From Okamejei kenojei (Eukaryota), in contig CM069156.1 in NCBI GenBank assembly GCA_035221665.1, forward strand, positions 29,574,001 through 29,638,000: 64,000 nt of DNA. The letters run 5' to 3'. A model generated the notes under the pieces. It was not told the DNA's origin and searched no databases. It saw only the letters and a program-made list of their open reading frames with translations. Made by a program: the position numbers and the translations under genes. Positions 1 to 11,072 of the stretch are shown here, piece by piece. Every line of letters starts with the position of its first letter. Position 1 is the stretch's first letter.

Positions 1-37
1 CTGCCTGCTGGGCACTCTTTTCCAGGAGTGACGTATC

Positions 38-366
38 CACCACCTCCTTTCCCCTCTCTTCCCCCTCCTCTCCCCCCCCCTCCCCCTCTATTTTCTCCCC
101 CTCGCTCCCCCATGCCCCCCTCCCCACTACCCCCCTCCAACCCCTCCCCCTCATCCTCCCCCTCCCCCCATCTCCCCTCCACCCCCTCCCTTTCTTCCCC
201 CACTCCTCCTCTCTCCCCTCTACTTTCTCTTCCCCCTCCCTCCCCCCTCCCCCTCTCCCCTCCTCCAACCCTCCCCCTCTCCCCTACACCTCCCTCCTCT
301 CTCCCCCCTCCTCTCTCTCCCCCCCTCCTCCCCATCTCTCCCCCTTCCCCTCCCCTCTACCCCCCT
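38..366 (+). repeat. C/T-rich polypyrimidine low-complexity tract
   Basis: Almost exclusively C and T runs (CCCCTCTC...). Confidence 0.9.
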
Positions 367-435
367 ATGCATCGGTGGATAGGGCGGGGATGGGGTAAAA
401 GGAACCAATTAATAATATTACTATAATATCAAGGG

Positions 436-946
436 AGGGTTAGTGTGTGTTTGTGGGGGGGGGGGGGGGGGTGGGGCTGGTTAGTTTATGTGTGTGTGTG
501 GGGGGGGCTGGTTAGTGTGTGTGTGTGTGTGTGGGGGGGGCTGGTTAGGGCGTGTGTGTGTGGGCTGGTTAGTGTGTGTGTGTGTGTGGGGGGTTAGTGT
601 GTGTGTGTGTGGGGGGGGGCTGGGTGTGTGTGGTGTGGGGGCTGGTTAGTGGTGTGTGTGTGTGTGTGGGGGGGCTTGGTTAGTGTGCGTGTGTGTGTGG
701 GGCTGGTTAGTGTGTGTGTGTGTGTGTGTGTGTGGGGGGGGTGGTGTGTGGGGGCTGGTTATGTGTGTGTGTGTGGGGGGCTGGTTAGTGTGTGTGTGTG
801 GGGGGGGGGGCTGGTTAGTGTGTGGTGTGTGGGGGGGGCTGGTTAGTGTGGTGTGTGTGTGGGGGCTGGTTAGGTGTGTGTGTGTGTGGGGGGGCTGGTT
901 AGTGTGGGTGTGTGTGCTGGTAGTGTGTGTGTGGGTGGGGGCTGGT

Positions 947-982
<36 letters not shown>

Positions 983-1243
983 GGGGTGGGGCTGGTTAGT
1001 TTAATGTGTGTGTGAGGGGGGGCTGGTTAGTGTGGTGTGTGTGTGTGGGGCGGCTGGTTAGTGTGCGTGTGTGTGTGGGGGCTGGTTAGTGTGTGTGTGT
1101 GTGTGGGGGGTCGGTTAGTGTGTGTGTGTGTGTGTGGGGGCTGGTTTAGTGTGTGTGTGTGTGGGGGGGGGGCTGGTTAGTGTGTGTGTGTGTGTGGGGG
1201 GCTGGTTAGTGTGCGTGTGTGGGGGGGTGGTTATTGTGTGTGT
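436..1243 (+). repeat. G-rich compound minisatellite, unit ~G(n)CTGGTTAG(TG)n
   Basis: Over 20 consecutive copies of GGGGCTGGTTAGTGTGTG... with variable G and TG lengths. Confidence 0.95.
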
Positions 1244-1668
1244 GACGCCGCAGGCCGCCCCCCCCCCCCCCCCCACACAATCGCGCGTTGAGGGGACGGC
1301 ACCCAACGGGTCCTCCTTGGTCTAGTATAAATATAATTTCTCCTCAGTGTTGATAAACAACCTTTGGTTTAAACAGATTCAATGGGAAGTGTGTGTGAAT
1401 CTGACTCACTGCGACTGTTGCTGTGTGCGAACGGCTGATGCATTTGCTTTAATTATCCTGTTGTGGCATCTTCACTTACAGAATTAGGCTGTGTATTGGA
1501 GCTAAGCATCTGTAGAATATTGCCTTTGTGGGTTAAAAATAAAAATGATGCAAGTGCAAGAGGCTTGGGAGCCAGGGCTGGGGACATGGCTGCATCATTC
1601 AGAATATCTTTGCTTCCTTCTTTGTCACATTTTCCATTCTCAATGTTCAGCAATGCTCAGCTATGTAA

Positions 1669-1963
1669 GGGCGGTGCAGCAGGTAGAGCTGCTGCCTCAC
1701 AATGCCAGAAACCTGGATTCGATCCTGACCTCGAGTGCTGAATGTGTTCTCCCAGTGACTGCGTGGGTTTCCTCCAGGTGCTTTGGTTTCCTCCCATATC
1801 TCTCAGACATGCGGATTTGTTGGTTAATTGGCCTCTGTAAAGTGCCCCTAGTGTAGAGAATGGATGAGAAAGTGGGATAACACAAGTGTGAAAGAATGAT
1901 TGACGGTTGGTGTGGACTCGGTGGGCCGAAGGACTTGTTTTCATGCAGCATCTCTCAACTAAA
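1669..1963 (+). mobile_element. V-SINE (HE1-like tRNA-derived SINE)
   Basis: A/B-box-like head (GCAGGTAGAGCTGCTGCCTCAC...GGATTCGATCC), V-core GCGTGGGTTTCCTCC...TTTCCTCCCA, tail GGGCCGAAGG...AACTAAAC. Confidence 0.85.
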
Positions 1964-2454
1964 CGGCGATGAGTCCTTTTGTTGAGTGTTGGCCATTTTA
2001 ATCTCCTCAACAAACTTTCCCATTCCTTTATTAATTCACTTTCTACAGCAAGAAATGCAAACATACAAGCCTCTGTGTCATGCCTACAGTAATCTGCAGG
2101 ATCCGATCTATATTCAATTGTGCTGGCAGGCATGCTTCTGAGAGTTGTGCTCAGAGACAGTGAGGCAAGTGTTAAATTGGCTTCTTAGACTCATCCGTGA
2201 GAAGCCCAATAGATTTTTATTGTACCATGGCTGTGTTTGAAGTGGTAACATGCTTTCAAGCAAGAGACTTTAATATTTTACAAGATAATAGATAATGAAT
2301 TTCATCTCCACTCCCAGTTGTCAATCTTCCCTCTTTGAAAGCACTTGCTTAGGCTGAAGTAAACTTCCATCAATGTTGCAGGCAGCAGAAAGGGCAAGCA
2401 TTCAGTTCACAGCTTTTTGAGTAGTTCCTCACGTACTTTGGTGGGTCAAGCTGA

Positions 2455-2670
2455 TGGGGCTGCTGCCTCACAGCCCCGGAGACTGGGTTCAATCCTGACC
2501 TTGGGGGTTGTCTGTGTGGAGTTTGCATGTACTCCCTTCCTCCCTAAGACATGTGGGTTTGTAGGTTAATCAGACAGTATTTAGAACAAACATTGCCCCT
2601 AATATGCAGCGAGTTGATTAGAAATTGGAATAACAAGGAACTGGAGGTAATGGGGATCGATAGTCATTGT
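2455..2670 (+). mobile_element. V-SINE, partial or internally deleted
   Basis: GCTGCTGCCTCACAG...GGGTTCAATCCTGACC...TGTGTGGAGTTTGCATG...GTTTGTAGGTTAAT. Confidence 0.7.
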
Positions 2671-2689
2671 CGACTTCATCGCACAAAAC

Positions 2690-3015
2690 AAGTTCCCCAT
2701 GTTGGGGGAGTCCAGAACCAGGGGCCACAGTTTAAGAATAAGGGGTAAGCCATTTAGAACGGAGATGAGGAAATACTTTTTCTCACAGAGAGTTGTGAGT
2801 GTGTGGAATACTCTGCCTCAGAGGGTGGTGGAGGCAGGTTCTCTGGATGCTTTCAAGAGAGAGCTGGATAGGGCTCTTAAAGATAGCGGAGTCAGGCGAT
2901 ATAGGGAAAAGGCAGAAAAGGGGTAATGATTGGGGATGATCAGCCATGATCACATTGAATGGTGGTGCTGGCTCGAAGGGCCGAATGGCCTACTCCTGCA
3001 CCTATTGTCGATTGA
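2690..3015 (+). mobile_element. CR1 LINE 3' fragment
   Basis: ORF2 C-terminus ESRTRGHSLRIRGKPFRTEMRKYFFSQRVVSVWNTLP and 3' UTR GGGCCGAATGGCCTACTCCTGCACCTATTGTC. Confidence 0.9.
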
Positions 3016-3204
3016 CTTGGTGGATGGAGAATGTTTCCATGCTGTATTTCAAAACGTTTGATTTGCCTCGTGTGAGCTCCAAAATGGTCTTCCCATTAAG
3101 ATTCCCAGTCTTTGTGCATTTGGCCCGGGATCAATTCTTGGACTGAGAATATTCAGCGTTTCTTCTGTGGCAATGACCTGATCTAATCCCTATCCAAACT
3201 CTTG

Positions 3205-3490
3205 AGCATCAAATCCAGGCTGATTTTCCAAGTGACTTTCTAAAGAAGTGCTGCACTGCTGCAGACGTTAGATGACGTTAAACAAGGCACCGTTTCTGGT
3301 GGGGTGTTATTTCAAACAAGTGTGGGTGAACTCTACCCATTGATGTCATTTCCCTCTTTGCTCTTTGTGAGAACCTGCTTTGCACAAGTGGACTGCTGAG
3401 TTTCCTAAATTTCAATGAGTACTTTGTGGCTGTACAGCATTTGAGATGTCAGTACATGTGATATGGAAATGCCTGCTTGTTCTTTCCTTC
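3205..3490 (+). mobile_element. Ancient Deu-domain SINE (SacSINE1/AmnSINE-like) remnant
   Basis: AGTGCTGCACTG...AGATGACGTTAAAC...TTGCACAAGTGGACTGCTGAGTTTCCTA...GGCTGTACAGCATTTGAGATGTC resembles the Deu-SINE body; highly diverged. Confidence 0.55.
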
Positions 3491-3574
3491 CCGAGGGTTG
3501 GTAGGGATTTTAATGTTTATTTAATTCACAGGGTGTCCTTGCTGCTGCCAATATGAACATTTATTCTATAGAGC

Positions 3575-3770
3575 AGCAACAAAGAACTGCAGATGCTGGT
3601 TAATATGCAAAAGGACACAAAGGACTCACCAGGTCTGGCAGCACCTCTGGAGAACACGGATAGGTGACGTTTCGGGTTGAGACCCTTCTTCAGACTGATT
3701 GTAGGGGGAGGGGAGGGGGGGAAGTAAGCTGGAAAAGGGAAGAGGCAGGACAAAGAGGCTGGAAAAGCCA
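3575..3770 (-). mobile_element. Penelope-terminus-derived short element
   Basis: Reverse complement of the terminus of the Penelope element at 48840-49050. Confidence 0.8.
3666..3695 (-). ncRNA. Minimal hammerhead ribozyme motif (Penelope-type), core intact
   Basis: Minus strand reads gtCTGAAGA A GGGT CTCA ACCC GAAAC GTC: CUGAnGA core, stem II, GAAA, palindromic ACGT stem III, GUC cleavage triplet. Confidence 0.6.
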
Positions 3771-3921
3771 TTTATTCTAATTCTCTCTGAGCTGACGACA
3801 CAGTTAAGAAGCAGACACATTGACTGGTTGGGAGTTACATGTAGGTTAGACCAGATACGGGTGGAGTATTCCCTTCCCAGCAAGGATTCTGCAACAATCA
3901 GGTAGTCATCCAAAGGTGTTA

Positions 3922-4090
3922 AACATAGAAAATAGGTGCAGGAGTAGGCCATTCGGCCCTTCGAGCCAGCACCACTATTCAATATGATCATGGCTGATCA
4001 TCCAAAATCAGTACCCTGTTCCTGCTTTCTCCCCATATTCCTTGATTATGTTAGCCCTAAGAGCTATATGTAGCTCTCTCCTGAATACAT
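3922..4090 (-). mobile_element. CR1 LINE 3' end
   Basis: CATAGAAAATAGGTGCAGGAGTAGGCCATTCGGCCCTTCGAGCC, the reverse complement of the CR1 tail. Confidence 0.9.
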
Positions 4091-4289
4091 GAAAGTACCA
4101 GTGAGGATGTCAGCTCCAATAGGTGTGACTGTACCACTGAGAGTGACCACACATCTGAGCTGCTCTCCCATTGACTAGCTCTCTAATTCTGGATTTATGT
4201 GTTTGAATAACAATTCCTCAGCTGCCATTGTACAATTTGGAACAAGAACTCTGAATGCCCGTCTGCCGGGATTAGTGGGTATTTCTTAT

Positions 4290-4935
4290 AAGAAAAGGTT
4301 CGAGAAACTTGGATTGTTTTCTCTGGAACAGCAGAGGTTATGAAAAGATAGAAGTGCATAAAATTATGAGAGATGTGAATAGGATAGCCAGTCATAATCA
4401 TTTTCCCAGTGTGGAAATGTCAAAGACTAGAGGGCATAACTTTAACGAGAGGAGGGTAAAGTTTAAAGGAGATGTGTGAGGCAAGTTTTTTTACGCTTTG
4501 ATAAAAATACCTCTATTGTAACTTTGGGTCATTGGGGGTTTCGGGTTTTTCAACCTCAGACACCCTCACCCAGCCGCGGTTGATCAGACCATGACTTGTG
4601 TTCAGGTGGCAATCCCCATGGACCTTCTCTCCTGATCCAGAGCCATCTCGAGGCCTTCTCCGCTGCCTCTGTGGTGTTCTTGATGGCTCTTCTCCTCGCC
4701 ACTCCGTTGATGCCCAGTGCATTCAGAGAATGTTGGGTGCATGGAAAGCGCTGCTGGGGGTGGTGGTGAAGGCAGATACATTAGTGGCATTTAAGGGACT
4801 TTAAGCGCATAGATATGCTGGGAATGCAGGGGTATGGATCACATGTAGACGGATGAGATTGGCTTTTCTTGGCATGCTGGGCATGGATGTTGTGGGCAGA
4901 AGGGTCTGTTCCTATGCTATACCTTTCTATGTGCT
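4290..4935 (+). mobile_element. Older CR1 (HER1-like) 3' fragment interrupted by an insertion at ~4495-4720
   Basis: TTGGATTGTTTTCTCTGGA...AAGTTTAAAGGAGATGTG...TTTTTTAC, resuming at CAGAGAATGTTGGGTGCATGGAA, ending GGGCAGAAGGGTCTGTTCCTATGCT. Confidence 0.8.
4513..4720 (-). mobile_element. R2-Hero-like non-LTR retrotransposon 3' fragment
   Basis: My translation of the minus strand from 4720: ALGINGVARRRAIKNTTEAAEKASRWLWIRREGPW, matching the C-terminal EAAEKASRWLW motif of Hero elements. Confidence 0.7.
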
Positions 4936-5264
4936 ATCACTATGAAAGGTCTTTACCTCCGCCCACCTAGGTCAGAAGGTCAAAGATCAATAATTGAAAA
5001 GCTATAAATAATTTCCTGAAAATCTGACTCAACAAACGGCTGAAAAATTAGCCCTGGATCTGACATCTCGGTTGCACTGGATGCCACAGTTACTCACTGA
5101 ACAAACAGGGGAACTATATTTAAATATTATTTTGTCAATTTAAATTTGGTCTCTGTGTTTGCAGCTGTGGAAGTCTTCCTATTAATTAGAATATATTTCC
5201 ACTTCCCTGGCTGTTAAACCTAACAAGGCCATGAATACATTCTGTTACTGTCAGTGTAGCGCCT

Positions 5265-5505
5265 GGCTCACGAAGAAGAGAATCTGGGGAGTTTTCCCAG
5301 AAGTCCCGAGGTCAATACGTATTCCCAGATCAACAGCGGACTCTTTGGTCATTATCCCACTGCCGTTTCTGGGATCTTGCTGTGTATTGACAGGTCTCCA
5401 TGTTTCCTTGGTAACCACACTTCAAAATAACTTCCTTGGCAATAAAATGCTTTGGAACCGTCCTGTAGTTGGGAAAAGGTGCCGTGTAAATAATAAGTCC
5501 TTGCT
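5265..5505 (+). mobile_element. Deu-domain SINE remnant
   Basis: GAAGAAGAG...GGAGTTTTCCC...GGGATCTTGCTGTG...ACACTTCAAAA...TTGGC..TAAAATGCTTTGG..GTCCTG. Confidence 0.6.
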
Positions 5506-5521
5506 TTATTTCTCATTACTG

Positions 5522-5536
5522 GTAACCATGGGCAAC
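5522..5536. promoter_or_regulatory. RFX X-box-like motif
   Basis: GTAACCATGGGCAAC fits GTNRCC(N0-3)RGYAAC; motif match only. Confidence 0.25.
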
Positions 5537-6418
5537 GAGGTACCACCTCACTTCAGTTATTTCCGGAACTGACTACTTTAACATATAATCACATTTACGA
5601 TGCCAATAAACCACAGAGATAGATACTTAGACAAGCGCTGTGACAGCTAATGAAAATAAACTCTTCCTGGGACAGCCTGCGGCAGTGAGAACATCAGAAA
5701 ATCAATTTGAGTCCACAGACCTGAATACATTAAGCAAATTAAATTTAAACTTGTCTTTGCCCCGACAGGCGGGAATACAGACCAGCATATGGGTCCTGGT
5801 GTGTTACGATATTTATCAGTGTGTTCTTGACCCCAAAGCAGATGTGAACAGCTGGTCAGGTTTGCATGTTGTGGAGACCTCTTGCAACCGAGGTGTTCAC
5901 GAGTAACATTTTACTTTCTGCTCAACTCGCTCGAAAACGTGAAAGCTGGCGGCTCGATAAGGGTTACCGGTTGAACGATTGTGCCTATTGCAACATCATG
6001 GAATCACAGCTCCTCAGTAAACATGAAATGTCGTCTCTGTGGCAACGTGAGAAATTCATCAGCCCAACTGTGCATAGCAAGATCCTAAAAGGACATTCAG
6101 ACAGGTTTGGAGGGATATGGGTCCAAGGCTGGCATATTGGACCAGCGTAGGTGGGCGCCATGGTTGGCAAGGATGAGTTGGGCCAAAGGGCCCGTTTCCT
6201 CGCTGTTTGACTCAGTAAACCCTTGGATAAATCTGCTTCAGTGATGTTGATGGTGGGACAAATATTGGCAGATTTATTCCACTTTGTTTTAATTCACGTC
6301 ATGGCCTCTATTATGTTCACCAGAGAGCGATGAATGAGTCTTGTTTCATCGGAATGCGGGCACCTCACACAGAGCAGCAAACATTGAGCTCATGAAGTCG
6401 CAAACTACATCAATTACA

Positions 6419-6650
6419 AGCTAAAGATAGACATAAAAAGCTGGAGTAACTCAGCGCGGTAACAGGCAGCCTCTCAGGAGAGAAGGACATGGGTGGACGT
6501 TTTGGTGACGAGACCCAAAACGTCACGCACTCATTTCGTTTTCTCCAGAAATGCCTGCCTTGTCCTGCCTGAGGTACTCCAGCTTTTGTGTGGTCTATCT
6601 TCGGTTTGAACCCAGCATCTGTTACAACTCTCCTAATTCACTCTCTGCTC
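6419..6650. mobile_element. Fold-back Penelope-derived element (indel-rich copy)
   Basis: Inverted arms AAGATAGAC...GCTGGAGTAACTCAG...GACGTTTT / AAAACGTC...CTCCAGCTTTT...TCTATCTT, flanked by ACTA(C)ATCAATTACA direct repeats. Confidence 0.75.
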
Positions 6651-7139
6651 ACTAATCAATTACACGGAGAATAATTGGCTGCAGTTAGAGACTTCCGCAC
6701 ATGCAGACGACACCCCCCGACACATGAGTTTATCGTTTTCAAAAGCCGAAAGCACTAATTGCGCTCAGTAGATATTTTTTAAGACAGCAGTATCATGGCT
6801 GTCTTTCAATCAATCACCAGCAAGTGCCACCAGCAACTTTTGCAGAAATGCTTTCTTGTAAACAGTATTTTTCGGATGAGGAATGACCTCAGTGGAGAGG
6901 TGGGTTCAGTTTACATGATAGGTACTACAGTCACTTGACACTGTCCATACCAGCAGCACCCCACGGGAAATTATAACATATGGCTGGAACTCAATCCCTT
7001 CACTGACCTGCAGCCACGCCAGTGGGTATTAACACCACATGCTGGAAATGACAACACTCATTAATACTGACATCGCAGGGGATACGAACGAGCACAGCCA
7101 CATGCACTAGAACTGACACATACACTCGTTGCCTCCACA

Positions 7140-7734
7140 CCCGTATGCTTCACGTATATCAGAGGTCGATCCACTCAGTAACGTTACTGGATTCACAAGG
7201 GACACTCTGACTACTCTGAAACATGAACACACATTGTATCGCGCGACGCACCACAAATACACACGGAAGGTGGACACATCCATTGTTACTAAAGACTCAC
7301 AAACGGAACTGACTACCCCCCCCCCCCCCCCACAACAATTGGAACAACAACACACATTTAACGCAATGGTAAGAGTAGCGATGAAAGGAGGGGTGGGCCT
7401 TCGTGGTCAGCGCCTCCTGCGTGTGTGGGGACCCAACACAGACCAGTGGAGCACATCCGTCTACCAGTTGCACCAAACCACCGGTCCACCGACGTTTGGA
7501 CCTGGACAATGAACACGTTGGCCTGGCTCGCCTCAACGGATGCTACAGGTCTAAAAGACATACGGCAGAAGAAGAACACACACACATACCCACACACGCG
7601 CAAGCACACACGCTCACAGAGGTGATGCACCTGTTGTTGTTAAGGACTCACAATGGAACGGACTACCTCATTGGAACATGCACACCACGCACACATGTAA
7701 GCACGCAACACTCCAAGAGGTGATGCAGCACCTA
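7140..7734 (+). repeat. Degenerate CA-rich minisatellite (~100-120 bp unit); last unit continues at ~9556-9635
   Basis: Recurring GAGGTGATGCAC..TGTTACT..GACTCACAA..GGAAC..GACTACC..ATTGGAACA..CACAC near 7160, 7265, 7618 and 7717. Confidence 0.55.
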
Positions 7735-9553
7735 CAGTGGCTTGCAAAACGTATTCCATACCCATTTGAACTTTCCTCCCACATTTTGTCACATTACAAC
7801 CACAAACGTAAATGTATTTTATTGGGGTTTTATATGATAGACCAACACAAAGTTGTGTATAATTGTGAAGTGGAAGGAAAATGATACATGGTTTTCACAA
7901 ATTTTTTTACAAATAAAAAACTGAAAAGGTGTGTCGTGCAAAAGTATTCAGCCCCCTTTAACTCTGATACCCCTAAATAATAAATCCAGTGCAACCAATT
8001 GCCTTCAGAAGTCACGCCAATTAGTAAATTAGAGTCCACTTGTGTGTAATCTAATCTCAGTATAATACAGCTGTTCTGTGAAGGCGCTAGGTTTGTTAGA
8101 GAACCATTAGTGAAACCAAACAATGTTCCTTGAGGCATCATGAAGCCCCAAGGAACACACCAGTCAGGTCCAGGGATAAAGTTGTGGCGAAGTTTAAAAG
8201 CAGGGTTAGGTTATAAAAAAATATTCCCAAGCTTTGAACATGTCACTTAGCACTGTTTCAATCCATCATCCAAAAATGGAAGAATATGGCACAAACTGCA
8301 AACCTACCAAGACATGGCCGTCTACAGCCTAAACTGACAGGGCCGGGCAAGGAGAGCATTGATCAGAGAAGCAGCCAAAGGAGGGCCATGGCAACTCTGA
8401 GGAGCTGCAGAGATCCACAGCTCAGGTGGGAAGAATCTGTCCACAGGACAACTATTAGTCGTGCACTTCCACAAATCGGGCTTTTATGAAGAGTGGACAA
8501 GAAAAAAGCCATGTTGAAACAAAGCCATAAGAAGTGCCGGTTTGCAGTTTACCACAAGCCATGTGGGGGACACAGGCAAACATGTGGAGGAAGTGTGCTC
8601 TGGTCTGATTGAGACCTAAATGTGTGGGCGGTGGCGGAACTAACACTGAACACACCACTTCCATCCCTCCTCGCCTCCTCTTATCCCCCGTACACCATCC
8701 CAACCCCCTTAACCACATCATACTCTCCATCCTCTTAACCCCTCCCATCCCCCCCCTCTCCCTCGACCCCATCTTCCTCCATCCCACTTCACACCTTCCC
8801 CAGCCTGGGTGAAACTTGTGTGGTGGCAGCATCATGCTGTGGGGATGCTTTTCCCTTCAGCAGGGACAGGGAAGCTGGTTCAGAGCTGATGGGAAGAATG
8901 GATGGAGCCAAATACAGGGCAACAATGTGGAAGAAAAACATGTTAGGAGGTCTGCAAAAGACTTGAGACTTGGCGGAGGTTCACCTTCCAGCATGACAAC
9001 GACCCTAAACATACAGCCAGAGCTACAATGAAATGGTTATAGAAAAAAAAAAAAAATCAAAGCATATTCATGTGTCTAGTAGAATGGCCCAGGCAAAGTC
9101 CAGACCTAAATCCAATTGCGAGACTCTCTGCAAGACATGAAAAATTGCTGTTCACAGACGCTCTCCATCCATCTGCCTGAGCTTGAGCTATTATTGCCAA
9201 ACGAAGAATGGGCAAAAACTTTCAGTCTTCTAGATTGTGCAAAGCTGGTAGAGATAGTTTTTACCCCAAAAGACTCGGTGCAGCTGAAATTGCCAGCGAA
9301 AGGTAGTTCTACAAAAGTATTGACCCAAGGGGCTTTGAATACTTTTGCCACGCTCCACACTTTTTCAGTTTTTTATTTGTAATAAAATTTGGAAACATGG
9401 TATAATGTTCCCTTTCCACTTCACAATTTTGCCACACTTTGTGGTTGGTCTATCACTATAAAATCCCAATAAAATACATTTACGTTTGTTGTGTTGATAA
9501 CGTGACAAATATTTGGAAATATTCAAGGGTATGAATACTTTTGCAAGCCACTG
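7735..9553 (+). mobile_element. Tc1-family (IR/DR-type) DNA transposon, full length, transposase frameshifted
   Basis: TA TSD (7733-34, 9554-55). TIRs CAGTGGCTTGCAAAA..GTATT..ATACCC / GGGTATGAATACTTTTGCAAGCCACTG (~220 bp) with inner DRs at ~7937 and ~9330. Transposase motifs GLGYKK, TANLPRHGR, WSD-ET, GGSIMLWGCFS, DNDPKH-like, SPDLNPI. Confidence 0.95.
8140..9323 (+). pseudogene. Tc1 transposase, multiply frameshifted
   Basis: ATGAAGCCC start at ~8140 to ...KGSSTKY stop at ~9323; ORF track fragments 8286-8489, 8816-9031, 9116-9382. Confidence 0.85.
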
Positions 9554-10629
9554 TATAATTACTCAGATTCCACAACGTAACAGATCCCCCATTGGAACAC
9601 AGGCCACACCCACACACAAACCCTCTGTTACTGGACATGCCCTTTCATAATAAAAAATCATGGTGTCATAGCGCTACGATTACTTCTATCCCTCAGCCGC
9701 CAGTATAATTATCAAAAAAAAAAAAAAAAAACAAAAAATCTTAAGGTCTGTGGTGCTGGCTAGTGTAACTAACTAGCAGCCCACGCTTCTCCATCTCAGT
9801 TGAACTAGGCACTTGGCTGAGATAAGATGTATTTCTTGCACATTGGGAGATTCTGGGGCAGCGCGCAGTGTGATGGAAAAGGACACTTTCCTCAGGCCCT
9901 TGCCAAATCTTCTAGGTTGACCAACGCAACAGTCACCATGAGGGGTGGTTGATCCGAGTGAAGGAAATTTACCCCCTCAACACTGCCTTGCCTTTTGACA
10001 TTTCAGATGTTCAACCACCCGGGTATCCTGTAAGTGAATAAAAAGAACTGCCTTCTGATGGCACTCTGCACAGAAATCAGCAACAGAATACCTGGGTGAA
10101 CAGGAGCCGATGTTTCTTTAAGCCTTGCTTTTAATTCTGTGCTCCTGATTGGCTGCACGTCCCCGTCTCTGCAGAGGTGGAATTCTTCACTGAACCTTGC
10201 GTCAGTGATTATCATTATGTAAAGGCAACGCTGCCTACATAGTACAAATTGCTCATTAGCCCCTTGTTTTTAAAACATAAGCATGATTTACGAGTCAGTG
10301 TTTGCCTCATCAGTGATCTTGAAGTGCCGGCAGCATGTGGTGGCAATGTTTATCCAGCAGCACTGGGCACGGGAATGTGTTTAGCCCACCCATGGGATTC
10401 TCCATTCTATTATATTGCTAATTGTGCTCTGGCAACTTGCTGCAGTGGTCAGAATAACGGGCATCAACCACCACAAAGAGCTCGACACATTGTTCTCCAC
10501 CTTCCTCTCCAATTTACAAGCACCAATCCCCCTCTCAGAGGGCTTATTCTTAACACTCCTTTGACGGATTTCGAACTTCCATTTCCAGTGCCTTAGTACC
10601 TGAGTGGTGATGCACTCATGTTGTGCACA

Positions 10630-10905
10630 GTGAATGAGCTTGCTCCTCACCAGCGACAGAGACCGGGTTTCGATCCAGTCTGTTCGTCCGGGACTGATGT
10701 CTGTGTGGGAGTTTGCACGTCACCCTTTGCCCGATTGGGTGTTCCTCCGGCGCCCCGGTTTTCCCTCCACCTCCCTACAAGGCGTACAGGTTTGTAGGTT
10801 AATTGGCCTCTGAAAATTGTAGGATTAAAGCCAGAGCAGGTGATTGATGGTCTGAGGTGAGCGACAGGGCCTGGTTCCCCATGCTGAATCGCTAAACTAA
10901 AGTAA
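10630..10905 (+). mobile_element. V-SINE (indel-rich copy)
   Basis: GGGTTTCGATCC, TGTGTGGGAGTTTGCACG, GTTTGTAGGTTAATTGGCC, tail CTAAACTAAA. Confidence 0.75.
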
Positions 10906-11072
10906 ACAAATGTGTGACATAGTAGTGCCAACGATCCTTCAAGATTAGTGGGTTCAAGCCACTTCAGACTCTATCATGATTCTAGCTGAATTACTTTGAG
11001 AACTGCATTGCCTTTTGGAGTAGGCATTTTAGGTGTGATTACTTGCTTTTTCATCATTATGATTCAGGAATA

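Larger units (their letters stand above)
1..1325 (+). mobile_element. 3' part of a probable non-autonomous Helitron carrying low-complexity and minisatellite cargo (5' end outside window)
   Basis: Ends with a small hairpin ACCC-AAC-GGGT (1301-1311), then CTAG (1322-1325), then T: the Helitron 3' signature. GC- and CpG-rich subterminal sequence. Confidence 0.55.

Noticed and set aside
28-426. 132-aa proline/serine-rich ORF
   Set aside because: Translation of a C/T low-complexity tract; no domain or gene context.
601-1325. Val/Cys/Gly-rich ORFs, and a possible telomeric array
   Set aside because: The ORFs are by-products of the minisatellite. Units contain GGTTAG but no tandem TTAGGG, so this is not a telomere.
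1669-1740. tRNA-like A/B-box sequences here and at other SINE heads
   Set aside because: They run directly into the V-SINE core and do not form a full cloverleaf; not tRNA genes.
9973-10035. Possible small exon (plus: TTTCAG|10007-10029|GTAAGT; minus: strong acceptor at ~10028)
   Set aside because: The plus candidate is 23 nt with no recognisable peptide; the minus candidate has stops in all three frames.
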